Shown: positions 9,097 to 17,700 of the stretch, piece after piece | How positions within the stretch are numbered: position 1 is the stretch's first letter | How the letters are laid out: every line of letters begins with the position of its first letter | NCBI GenBank assembly: GCA_033763315.1 | Contig: JANRKS010000012.1 | Span: forward strand, 1-44,539 | Direction of reading: 5' to 3' | Source: Deltaproteobacteria bacterium | GTDB lineage: Bacteria > Myxococcota_A > Polyangia > Fen-1088 | Length of the DNA stretch: 44,539 nt | Translations under genes and position numbers: made by a program | The notes under the pieces: generated by a model | Database searches by the model: none | What the model saw: the letters and a program-made list of their open reading frames with translations, nothing else | What the model was told of the DNA's origin: nothing

Positions 9097-10524
9097 ATGG
9101 CCCTCGAAAAACCTCCCACGTTCATCAATTTGTTCGCCGGAGGAGGGGGGATGCTCCTAGGCCTTGAGCGAGCGGGCTTCAAGTGCGTTGGCGTCGCCGA
9201 ACACGATCAGGCGGCATCGGCAACGCTTGCCCTCCACCTTAAGGAAAAGGTGTGCGAACATCTGCTTGCGCTTGGCCCAAAAAGCGGTGACGTGCGGCGA
9301 CTCAACTTCACAGAGTGGCGAAGTGCTCTCGAAGCCAGTGGTGTACGGCAGCTGGATCTGCTGGCGGGAGGACCACCGTGTCAGTCGTTCTCTAGGGTCG
9401 GGCGAGGCAAGTTGAATGCCCTCACGGATACCGGCTTTCTGGGCGACGAACGAAACCGCCTGTGGAAAGTCTTCTTCCAAGCCGTCGACAAACTTCGCCC
9501 CCGTATGTTTCTTATCGAGAACGTACCAGGCATGCTTCACCACGGCGGTGTAAACGTGGCGGATCTCATCTGCCGTGCTGGCGCTCGACTCGGGTACATT
9601 ACCCGATGTGCGATCTTGAACGCGGGGGCCTTCGGAGTGCCACAGCTCCGTGAACGCCTCTTCATCGTCGGCATTGAGGCCAAGGCGGGCACGGTGCCTT
9701 CGCTGCCCACTGGCACGCGTTCCGTCCGTCTCGGTCGCTCCCACATCGGCCGTCAAAAGGCCCTATCGAATCTCTTTAGCGACCCAGCGTCCTTCGTTGG
9801 CTGTCTTCTGCCACAAAGTAGCTCTCCCCCTGCGCTCAGCGTTGAACAGGCACTTCGGGATTTGCCGATGCATCTGGAACATCTTCAACCCTCCTACCGC
9901 GCAAGGGTACCGTGCCCACCGCGCCCGTATGGCCCCTGTTCCCCTTCGGAATATGGACGTGCGATGCGGGACTGGCCTGGCCTACCAAAATCCGGAGCGG
10001 CAACAGATCATGTATGTAAAGCCACTCCGCGCGACTATCGCACTTTTGCAGTCATGCGCCCCGGCGACCGTTACCCCGAGGCAGTCGCTATCGCGGAACG
10101 GAGATATACCATCGCGCTCCGCAGGTGGCTAAAGACGAACCGCGCTGGCACGCGGCCACGCCGTTTGGACTTTGTGCCACCGTACCGGCTCGACACATTT
10201 CCAGAAAAGTGGCGCAAACTGATACAGACCGAACCGTCCTGGACCATTACCGCCCATTTGGCGAAGGATACATACTCGCACATCCACTACGACTCGTTGC
10301 AAGCAAGAATGATTACCGTGCGCGAGGCAGCGCGGCTTCAAAGCTTCCCCGATTCCTACGTTATTGTCGGCAATATCGGAGACAAGCTTCGGCAGATCGG
10401 AAATGCTGTTCCCCCCCTGCTAGCCGCGGGCATTGGGGCACACTTACTTGCGATCCTTTCGCACGACCTTCCCTCCCGTGGTGAACTCTCCTTTGCATTG
10501 GGCCGTACAGCATCTCGGGGCTGA
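9097..10524 (+). CDS. DNA (cytosine-5)-methyltransferase, probable DrmMII of the adjacent DISARM-like locus
   Basis: C5-MTase motifs in order: LFAGGGG (I), GGPPCQSFS (IV), ENVPG (VI), QLRERLFIVG (VIII), RMITVREAARLQSFP (IX), GNAVPP (X). Confidence 0.93.
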   Translation: MALEKPPTFINLFAGGGGMLLGLERAGFKCVGVAEHDQAASATLALHLKEKVCEHLLALGPKSGDVRRLNFTEWRSALEASGVRQLDLLAGGPPCQSFSRVGRGKLNALTDTGFLGDERNRLWKVFFQAVDKLRPRMFLIENVPGMLHHGGVNVADLICRAGARLGYITRCAILNAGAFGVPQLRERLFIVGIEAKAGTVPSLPTGTRSVRLGRSHIGRQKALSNLFSDPASFVGCLLPQSSSPPALSVEQALRDLPMHLEHLQPSYRARVPCPPRPYGPCSPSEYGRAMRDWPGLPKSGAATDHVCKATPRDYRTFAVMRPGDRYPEAVAIAERRYTIALRRWLKTNRAGTRPRRLDFVPPYRLDTFPEKWRKLIQTEPSWTITAHLAKDTYSHIHYDSLQARMITVREAARLQSFPDSYVIVGNIGDKLRQIGNAVPPLLAAGIGAHLLAILSHDLPSRGELSFALGRTASRG

Positions 10525-10795
10525 CGTAGGGCCTTGGTCAACGAGCGAAGTCAGGGTTGTCCCGATCTCGATCCCAACATGGCCTAGACATGCAAGGTGC
10601 CAAAGTCTCCCGAACATGAGACGATCACACCCACTGATTCTTTGTATCGCCTCGCTGTGGCCCGTGGCGGACAGGGCGAGAGAATAATGCGCTCGAAGGG
10701 TTCCACTTCGCGAAATCGGCAGTTAGGAGGACGGCGCCTGGCTGTTGACGAGCCAGATTTGCGACTGCCTTCAGGTATGGCGAGGGCACAGCAGT

Positions 10796-11855
10796 TCAAC
10801 GTCGCGTTGCCCGGTAGCTATCCAGCAACTGCGCGACGGCGGGTTTCCCCGCGGCCAGTGCGGCCTGCGAAGGTGTGAGGCCCGCTTCCTCCTTCGCCGT
10901 CCGATCGGCTCCTGCGGCCAGCAACATTCTAACCTTGTTAACGGATCCGCTCGCCGCCGCATAGTGCAGCGCCGTTTTTCCCCCGGGCCCGCGTGCATCA
11001 ACATTCGCTCCATGGTTGATGAGCGCTTGCATGCGATCAACGGTGTTGCCCTTATCCCCCCGGTGCAAGATACACAAGTGGCGGAAAGCCGCTGGTGCCG
11101 ACGCGATCAACAGGCACCCCGTGATTGAGAAGCCACTGGGTGGTAACAGGATCACGCGCAGCCACAAAGACGCTGCTGTCAGCTGCCATGGGATCCGCCC
11201 CGCGTGTGAGCAGCAGGTCCAACAGGTCCACTCGGCCCAGTCCCGACGCCACGTGGAATAGTTGGGCGCTGTAGCTTCTTATGTCGGCGCCTGCATCAAG
11301 CAGCTGTTCGGTCACGTCATGATGCCCACCCGCAACGGCAAAGGTAAGTGGTGGGGTGAAATAGATTTCGTTGTCCTCGTCATCAGCGTTTAGCAGACGA
11401 GGGTTATCGACCAGCAGACGCTTCACCCTAGGGCCATCACCCAGGAACGCCGCCTGGAAGATGTTGTGGGGCCGCGTGCGCGTCTTAAGGAATGCGGCGA
11501 CAGTCGGCCGCTTGTAGTGAATGGCGGCGCACATCGGTGACAGCTGCACCAACGTCTCGCTGTTGTAGCATCCGGTGACCTCAGCGTCGGCGCCCGCATC
11601 CAGAAGAAGCTTTACGTTCGCCAGGTTCCCTGCGCGTGTCGCTTCCCACAAAAGCGTACGACCGTGATTGCCGCGCTTGTTCAGATATTCAGTGTTTGCT
11701 TTTAGCAAGGCCTTCAGTGTTTGAACCGTTCCCTTCGAAGCGATAGCGAGGCATTTGGTCGGAAGCTGCTTCTTCCAATGCCCGGGCGGCACGTTCAGCG
11801 CGCGGACCCAGCGCCGATCGGCCTGTCTTTCGTCACGATGCTCCACCATGTTCAT
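10796..11855 (-). pseudogene. Ankyrin-repeat protein split by a 1-nt frameshift (or a sequencing error)
   Basis: ORF 11052-11855 (GRTLLWEA..GN...VKLLLDAGAD) continues in another frame as RGDKGN...GKTALHYAA..G....VRMLLAAGAD. The shift is at the C6 run 11056-11061, and removing one base restores one ORF. Confidence 0.85.
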
Positions 11856-11953
11856 CCGTCAACGTGCTGATGTTCTGGCACAACTCAGGTAGCGCTGTGG
11901 TGATTTGCACACCAAGGTACCAGTCGAGCGTGGTCGAAGGCTTCAACATCTTG

Positions 11954-12283
11954 CTACGTCTCTCCACCCGCAGGCCCGCAAAATAGCACCCAGACCGCGA
12001 AGTCGGGCGAGAATGATTCGAACCGATGATCCTGTTTGGCAGGAACAAAAATAAATGAACCGGGTAAGACCTCGCGCCGCTCCGTTCCGTTGAAGAACAA
12101 AGCCGTTCCGCGAGCAACCACATACACCTCGTCCCGATCATGCGGCTTTTGGCGATCGGCGCCGGCTGGCGTGTACATCTCCACTTCGAGAGACCCGTGC
12201 CGAAAAATTGGTATCGCGTGATTGCCCGGTGGGGGCGGCCCCTGACGAAGCGCTTCTTCGAGTGTTATCTCTGTCTTGGACAT
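11954..12283 (-). CDS. Cupin-domain protein
   Basis: Cupin motifs QKPHDRDEVYVVARG and PGSFIFVPAKQDHRF. Confidence 0.88.
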   Translation of the reverse strand: MSKTEITLEEALRQGPPPPGNHAIPIFRHGSLEVEMYTPAGADRQKPHDRDEVYVVARGTALFFNGTERREVLPGSFIFVPAKQDHRFESFSPDFAVWVLFCGPAGGET

Positions 12284-12304
12284 GGTTCGCTCGTCTGGCT
12301 CATA

Positions 12305-12994
12305 CTACCAACGTATCGACATAGGCAGTGTAGGCTCAAAGCTTGTCGCTTCTCCAGACACGCCATCATCCCACTGCAATTCAAGGTGTGGCTCTGCAGC
12401 GCCTGCTTGAACCTGGATCAGACCACGTTCCACAAACCAACGAAATCCTGAAGAGCGAGCCGACTTTCCCGGCGGAAGTTGCATTTGGAAATGCGTCAGT
12501 TTTCTCGGCCGCCCGCCGTGCTGTGGCAACCCGCCACGGTTCTCTTCCCACGTTCGTGGCGCGGTACCCCAGGTCCCGATAAAGATCAACGGTTCGTCAA
12601 ACCTTCCCGGTGGCGTGACGATAGGCATCGACATTCCGCGCGGCAAGTAGGCGGCCTCGTAGGCCCATGTCTCGAACGGAAGCGTCTTGGGATCAACCTT
12701 GGCTGATGCGCCCGCCATCGGGCGAAAACAAAAGCCAAAAGGGCACGCTCCCGGGGACTGCCAATTGATTCGCTCGTAAAGGCCAAGAGGGGCGACAAGG
12801 TCGGAACGTATTTCGCCTTTATCGGCTTGGTAAAGAAGCTCCAGAAAAGCATTCTCAAACACCGCGCACGCGTTTCGCGTTCCCTGCCCTCGATGCTCTC
12901 GGTGAACGGAAAACGCGATTCCAAAAGTGCGCAGAGCAAGTTCGGATGCCTCTGCATCGGGCGCGCCGATCAAGATATGATCCAGTTCAAACAT
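12305..12994 (-). CDS. VOC/glyoxalase-like (Glyoxalase_3-type) protein
   Basis: ELDHILI...HRGQGTRN...FENAFLELL pattern, with RBS GGAAGG upstream of the ATG. Confidence 0.8.
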   Translation of the reverse strand: MFELDHILIGAPDAEASELALRTFGIAFSVHREHRGQGTRNACAVFENAFLELLYQADKGEIRSDLVAPLGLYERINWQSPGACPFGFCFRPMAGASAKVDPKTLPFETWAYEAAYLPRGMSMPIVTPPGRFDEPLIFIGTWGTAPRTWEENRGGLPQHGGRPRKLTHFQMQLPPGKSARSSGFRWFVERGLIQVQAGAAEPHLELQWDDGVSGEATSFEPTLPMSIRW

Positions 12995-13082
12995 GAGAAC
13001 CTTCCGTCTAACGTATCACGTTCGGCTTCAGCGCCCGCTCGCGACTAAGACGAGCCGTGCACGCATCACACGGGCTGATCTC

Positions 13083-13183
13083 GGTGGAAGAAGTCTCCCT
13101 TGCTGCGGGCAGGAGACGCCCCAGCGCGCTCTACCGCCGAGGATGCCCTCGGGCTGCGGGCTATGTAAGCCTCACGGGCAGCG
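13083..13183 (-). ncRNA. Putative structured leader RNA, copy 1
   Basis: ~85% identical to 15262-15361. The minus strand has stems GCTGC/GCAGC, GGCT/AGCC, CCGAGG/CCTCGG and GTCTCC/GGAGAC. It ends ~90 nt upstream of the VOC gene ATG. Confidence 0.55.
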
Positions 13184-13292
13184 AGTAAGGGTGGCCACTT
13201 GCGGAGCGCCGGTGTTATCGACTACGTCAACGATGCCATGTGGCGGTACTTGGCAAGGCTGCCTGGGAAGCACATCGCAATCAATGAATGTG

Positions 13293-13580
13293 CTACTCGG
13301 CACGTTTCGGCCGGACCACAAGGCTCGTCTGCAGTCCCGCACGATCGGCCATTTCCACCAGTGCGTCGAGCGAGAACAAATTCAGTCGCCCACGCATCAA
13401 GTCTGATATGCGAGGCTGAGTAACGCCAAGCAGATGGGCGGCTTTGGATTGCGTAAGCTTGCGCGCCCGCAGTTTTTCGATCACCTCGTTCGCGACCAAC
13501 GCTCGCAGCTTCAGGCTTGCGGCCTCATAAGTGGAATCTTCAATGGCAGCCCACACAGAAGAAAAGCGTTTTGAACTCAT
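13293..13580 (-). CDS. HigA-like XRE HTH antitoxin (orphan)
   Basis: MSSKRFSSVWAAIED...LTQSKAAHLLGVTQPRISDLMRGRLNLFSLDALV is an HTH_37/HigA-type signature. RBS AAGGAG before ATG 13580. Confidence 0.85.
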   Translation of the reverse strand: MSSKRFSSVWAAIEDSTYEAASLKLRALVANEVIEKLRARKLTQSKAAHLLGVTQPRISDLMRGRLNLFSLDALVEMADRAGLQTSLVVRPKRAE

Positions 13581-13613
13581 CCTTGTTTCTCCTTTAACCA
13601 TTGGGGGCCCGAA

Positions 13614-15182
13614 TCACTTCTCCGCTAGCCTCTGCAACAACAACCCGGCCACGTCACCCAATCCCCGAGCTGCAGCCTTCTCACCCGCCGTTTGACGCGC
13701 GCGATTCCAATGCGTCGGATCAGCGCCCGCGGCCAGCAGCACCTCTGCGACCTCGAATGCCTTCTCCTCGTCCTGGGGCAACGCGAAAAGCGGCGTCTCT
13801 TCAGGCTCCGCACTGAACCATCCAAGCCCAATGCGTTCAGCAAGTCTGTGATTGGCACGCGAGGCGTCCTCGGCAAGCAAGGCAGCGAGGCGTGTTGTTA
13901 ATCCGCCGGCAGCAAGCGTGAAGACGTCGCGGGTGTGACGGGCAAACAGTTCAATCGTCCCCGCCATCTGCGCGCGAATGGCCCAGGCCAAAGGCGTTGC
14001 ACGATGCGCTTCGTCCCGTGCGTCAACATCGGCACCGTGATCAATCAGAAATTGAGCCACATCGACGTGATTCAAACACGCGGCTTGGTGAAGCGCTCTG
14101 TAGCGTGCCGATGGACCTCCATAATCAACGTTCGGTGAGACCCCTAGAGCCAGCAAGAAGGCCGCAAGATCCTTGCGCTCGTGCTTTGCCGCCTGGTTCA
14201 CAAGCATCGCGCCACAGTCTTCAATGTATTCCGGATGAGCCAACAGTAGGCCCTCAGCCGCCGCGCGATCGAGGCGCATACACGCGGCGCGAAAGGCGTC
14301 GCGCCCGCTCAGTTGCGAGTGCGGGGCGCCGTGGCGAAGCAGCAGCTCTGCCATTTCGATGCTGCCTTCGAGCAGGGCGCGTTCGTGCAGGCTTCGCCCC
14401 GTGGCGGAATGTGGATTCGCGCCATGGGCAAGCAAGAAGGCGGCACGCTGAAGCTGGTTCATCTGCACAGCGTGCTCAAGCAAGTATGCGAATAGGTTAT
14501 TGGCATCACCGGGGGACCAGTTGATCGTGTGGTTGGCGTTGAGGCCGTGCGCCACGAGCACCCGCAGCCAGCGATCGTCATCGCCCCGAAGCATCGTGTT
14601 GTAAAGTGCCTGGCTTTGATTCGGATCAGCGCCACGGCTCAGCAGCAAGGCGGCCAAAGGCTCGGCCGCAGGATGCGGCGGGCAGGTGATAGGCCCGCTC
14701 TCACCGTCGCCGATCACTCCGCAGAGCGCGCTCCAGCGCATCGTTTGGTTCTGCCATTGATAGGTCCAGTGGCAGTTTGGATCCGCGCCGTGATCGAGCA
14801 GCGCTTGGGCAATGGCCACGGCATTGTCAGCCGCCGTCGCAATGGGCAGGCGGCCGTAGCACAGATACAACAGCGGCTCCCACCCCTCACGGCCACCTTT
14901 CGTGCATGCGCTTGATGGTGTTGCGGCCAAGATGCGATGAACCTCAGCAACATCACCGCACACCACGGCTGTATGTAGCGTCGCGCGCCCAAGGTTTGGG
15001 TGTCGTTCAAGAATGCGTGCTGCCTGCTTGCGTCGGTGCGGACCCTCAGGATAGCCCGTGCACGCGTTAGAGCCAGGCGCGACGCCATAGTGCAGGCATG
15101 CCAAATCCAGGAAATCGGCCGCCCGCTCATCGTGGCTGTCCAGGCTTGTGCGCGCGCTGATAGATCTGAACGTCGTGGACAT
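13614..15182 (-). CDS. Ankyrin-repeat protein
   Basis: Repeated LLxxGADPN, ALHQAA..NH..VAQFLIDHGADVDARD and TPLAWA motifs. Start moved to ATG 15182 (RBS GAAGGAAGG), because the extension to 15317 runs through the leader repeat. Confidence 0.88.
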   Translation of the reverse strand: MSTTFRSISARTSLDSHDERAADFLDLACLHYGVAPGSNACTGYPEGPHRRKQAARILERHPNLGRATLHTAVVCGDVAEVHRILAATPSSACTKGGREGWEPLLYLCYGRLPIATAADNAVAIAQALLDHGADPNCHWTYQWQNQTMRWSALCGVIGDGESGPITCPPHPAAEPLAALLLSRGADPNQSQALYNTMLRGDDDRWLRVLVAHGLNANHTINWSPGDANNLFAYLLEHAVQMNQLQRAAFLLAHGANPHSATGRSLHERALLEGSIEMAELLLRHGAPHSQLSGRDAFRAACMRLDRAAAEGLLLAHPEYIEDCGAMLVNQAAKHERKDLAAFLLALGVSPNVDYGGPSARYRALHQAACLNHVDVAQFLIDHGADVDARDEAHRATPLAWAIRAQMAGTIELFARHTRDVFTLAAGGLTTRLAALLAEDASRANHRLAERIGLGWFSAEPEETPLFALPQDEEKAFEVAEVLLAAGADPTHWNRARQTAGEKAAARGLGDVAGLLLQRLAEK

Positions 15183-15261
15183 AAAACCTTCCTTCGGTGG
15201 CGCCTGAAGTCCGCATCGTACAGGCAAGAAAGAAGGATCGCAGATCGCAGTGATTTGACTG

Positions 15262-15361
15262 GGTGGAAGAATCTCCCTTGCCGCGGACAGGAGGCGCCCC
15301 AACGCGCTCTGTTGCAAAGGATGCCTTTAGGCTGCCGGCTATGCAAGCCTCACGGGCAGCG
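15262..15361 (-). ncRNA. Putative structured leader RNA, copy 2
   Basis: Paralog of 13083-13183 with the same stems (GCTGCC/GGCAGC, GGCT/AGCC, AAAGG/CCTTT, CTCC/GGAG). It ends ~80 nt upstream of the ankyrin ATG. Confidence 0.55.
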
Positions 15362-15418
15362 TTGTGAGGATGACAACGGCTTGGGCCGTAGGAGCGCCTC
15401 CAAAGGGGGGCGCTGGTG

Positions 15419-15712
15419 TTATCGACTACGCCACGCGCCGGGCTTTCGCCGCAAATGCAAGACCGCAAGGATGATCACAGCCTCGTCAGTGACGACAAAG
15501 TAGCCGCCGTAAGGAAAACGGCCGTGGATGGCGCGCCTGACTCTTCGGTCAATTTCCTGATAGGCCATGGGGTTCCTGTGAATGCGATTGATCAACAGGC
15601 GCATCCCTTCCACGAACTCCCCACCCAACCCGGCTTCCTGATCCTCGTACCAAGCTGCCGCCGAATCGATATCAGTTTCGACTTGAGGTCGAACAAGCAG
15701 TCGCCGCGTCAC
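15419..15712 (-). CDS. RelE/ParE-family type II toxin
   Basis: 97 aa; DIDSAAAWYEDQEAGLGGEF...I..NP....RRA..GRFPY..YF....VIILAVLHLRRKP. 4-bp overlap with the antitoxin. Confidence 0.88.
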   Translation of the reverse strand: MTRRLLVRPQVETDIDSAAAWYEDQEAGLGGEFVEGMRLLINRIHRNPMAYQEIDRRVRRAIHGRFPYGGYFVVTDEAVIILAVLHLRRKPGAWRSR

Positions 15713-15951
15713 TTTGCACGCTGGTACCGGTCGCGAAGCCGACTATACACGGATGACCAATCCTCGGCGGTGGCCGGATCAGCGTCGCTCTCTGCCAACC
15801 TTTGCTGCAGGATCTCGTGATGCCACTGGGGCACGGCTGCGGCTTGCATTCCGGTTGTAGCCCGCGTTAGGAGTTCTTGAGCGTATTCAAGTTGCTCTTC
15901 TGGCGACATTTGCTCGAAGCCGGCAGGAGGCATGGCAGCAGGATGACCCAT
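15709..15951 (-). CDS. Addiction-module antitoxin (Unstab_antitox-like)
   Basis: 80 aa; MSPEEQLEYAQEL...VPQWHHEILQQRLAE...W..V..RL, directly upstream of the toxin. Confidence 0.85.
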   Translation of the reverse strand: MGHPAAMPPAGFEQMSPEEQLEYAQELLTRATTGMQAAAVPQWHHEILQQRLAESDADPATAEDWSSVYSRLRDRYQRAK

Positions 15952-15986
15952 CTAAATATTATACCTGCACCAATGCGGCCCATCCA
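15952..15986 (-). promoter_or_regulatory. Sigma70-like promoter of the TA operon, possibly leaderless
   Basis: Minus strand TGGATG-N17-TATAAT-N6-ATG, with no SD sequence before the ATG. Confidence 0.5.
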
Positions 15987-16063
15987 CCTGAGTTCCGGAC
16001 GAAATCTGTCAAACGTGGGCCCCTACTCGCAACCGGCGGGTGGGTGTTAGGTTTGCAGATTCC

Positions 16064-16948
16064 TCAGCCGCCCAGGCGGCGCACCCAGCCCATGATGTCT
16101 TTTCCAACGGCGGCGCCCAATTCATTTTCGACATAGAATCGGATCGATCGCTCTTGCGCGGCGCTAAGGCCAGCCGCTTGCAACGTGCCCGACAGAGCAC
16201 GCCGTCTTGCGGGGCAGCCATCCGAACTTGAAGGCGCGCGGCTCATGCGGTGCCAGCGCAGCAGTTCCCAGGTGACGGGGCCTGCCGGTGCGTGCGCCGA
16301 CAATCGATCGATGAGACCGCGTAGGCCTTTTGCAGATAGGTCCTTAAGTTGAGGGGCGGCGCTTTTGGGGCACGCGTAGACGCGCCTTTGGCGCTTGGAG
16401 CTGAATTCGGGTGGATCCACCTCACTTTCACAGGAAAGAAACACCTGCGTGGTCGGCCACAAGATGCGCGCTCCTGGACGAGGCTCGCTGGCAACAATTG
16501 TGTGGTTCCACGTGGGCCAGTAAAGGCCCGCATTCGGAACGCCCCACGCGCACACAAACTCGGTCATCCACGCACTTAGCTCATCGCATTCACCGACGAG
16601 TGGCTCGCCTGACGTCAACGCGTCCCACAACGCCTTGGATGAAGGCTCGCGGTCGGTGATGCTCCAACGGGCACCGAACCACCCGCCATCGCGCGTGGCT
16701 TCAAAAGCCAACCGCAGAATGCGGTATTGGGAGAACGGAAATGTCTTGTCGTCTAAGCGGTGCCTCGCCTGTAGCTGCTGATGCTCCGTTCGCAGCTCCA
16801 CGGTGTCAACGGTGGAGGCAACGGCATCAAGGGCAGTGATCAAAGGCGCCAGCGCCGAGCGAGGCGCGCCAAAGGCGGCGGTGCCGCACGCAAGGAATGC
16901 AGTCGCTGCGACCAATCTAAAGAGCACGCTCGGCAACTTCATTCTCAT
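16064..16948 (-). CDS. Secreted hypothetical protein, possible transglutaminase-like Cys/His fold
   Basis: Signal peptide MRMKLPSVLFRLVAATAFLACG from ATG 16948; GECDELS...WPTWNHT motif. Confidence 0.6.
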   Translation of the reverse strand: MRMKLPSVLFRLVAATAFLACGTAAFGAPRSALAPLITALDAVASTVDTVELRTEHQQLQARHRLDDKTFPFSQYRILRLAFEATRDGGWFGARWSITDREPSSKALWDALTSGEPLVGECDELSAWMTEFVCAWGVPNAGLYWPTWNHTIVASEPRPGARILWPTTQVFLSCESEVDPPEFSSKRQRRVYACPKSAAPQLKDLSAKGLRGLIDRLSAHAPAGPVTWELLRWHRMSRAPSSSDGCPARRRALSGTLQAAGLSAAQERSIRFYVENELGAAVGKDIMGWVRRLGG

Positions 16949-17085
16949 CGTAGTCCATAATATAGGCCCGTACGACCGATGACGGTGCGCAATCCAGCTT
17001 TTGACGTCGCCTTCACGCGGAGATACTGCATCGCCATGAACACGTCGCGGGCGAAGATCGGCATTCTGGAATGCCTCATGCTGTT
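16891..17085. repeat. Diverged repeat A1 (divergent intergenic region plus two gene 5' ends); partner 27460-27656
   Basis: Direct alignment by eye, roughly 85% identical over ~195 bp. Confidence 0.9.
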
Positions 17086-17113
17086 GTATCGTGGCGCTTA
17101 AAGAGGGGTCGAG

Positions 17114-17641
17114 ATGAAGAATTTTAGAAGACTTTCCGTATTGTCCGCGCTGGTTGCCTTCTTTCTTAATCCGGGCTTCGGCTGTGGTCAGAGCGACGAC
17201 TTTGAGTTCCACGAAGAAGAAATGCGCGCGGCCGCACTAGGCAAATGGCGTGTCACGAACGACTCGATTGACGTTTCGATAGAGTTGTTTGCATCTCGCG
17301 GCTCCGCGTCCGCCTCTAGACGACTCGGGCTCGTACGCTCAGCGCATGCCTGTGGAAGCCGCGAATTCCTTCGCAGCGCAGATGCATGCCTCGAACGTTC
17401 AGTCTTAACCTTTGACGTTCGAACGATAGATGGCAGCACGCTCAATGGCATGAAGGCCCAAGGAACAGGGGAATTCGAGATTTACGGCCGAAGTCTCACA
17501 CCAGGTCGCATTTCGCTTTCGTTTAGCAACGGTGTGGAGATGAGCATTTACATGGTGGAAAAGTCGGGCGGCAGCTTTACCGGAACGATGGGTGGAACGG
17601 GCGTTAGCGGATTTCCTGCGATCCGAGTGCAGCGTCTGTAA
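17114..17641 (+). CDS. Hypothetical lipoprotein
   Basis: RBS GAGGGG; signal peptide ending FGFG-C; 175 aa. Confidence 0.7.
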   Translation: MKNFRRLSVLSALVAFFLNPGFGCGQSDDFEFHEEEMRAAALGKWRVTNDSIDVSIELFASRGSASASRRLGLVRSAHACGSREFLRSADACLERSVLTFDVRTIDGSTLNGMKAQGTGEFEIYGRSLTPGRISLSFSNGVEMSIYMVEKSGGSFTGTMGGTGVSGFPAIRVQRL

Positions 17642-17700
17642 AGTTGGCTCCGCCGCCCGGCAACTCGATGCTCATCCGTGCTGCGGTCCCAGCGGAGACA

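Noticed and set aside
10525-10795. Possible vsr or restriction nuclease gene after the C5 MTase
   Set aside because: No ORF with Vsr or nuclease motifs is visible.
13006-13012. GTTAGAC (attC core-like) just before the VOC gene, with similar GTT/AAC motifs near 11858 and 16009-16053, suggesting integron cassettes
   Set aside because: No matching inverse core sites at proper spacing, no full attC palindromes between the small genes, and no integron integrase in the window.
12993-13406. Plus-strand ORFs 12993-13406 and 15000-15503 sharing LPC.GQE.PQRAL..RMP.GC.LCKPHGQR
   Set aside because: The similarity is limited to the DNA repeat, the remaining parts are antisense to real genes, and there is no RBS; a minus-strand leader explains it better.
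15183-15317. 45-aa N-terminal extension of the ankyrin ORF
   Set aside because: It runs through the repeated non-coding leader, and a strong RBS precedes ATG 15182.
16949-17212. 88-aa N-terminal extension of ORF 16064-17212
   Set aside because: It crosses the duplicated intergenic region and overlaps the opposite-strand gene; the signal peptide starts at 16948.
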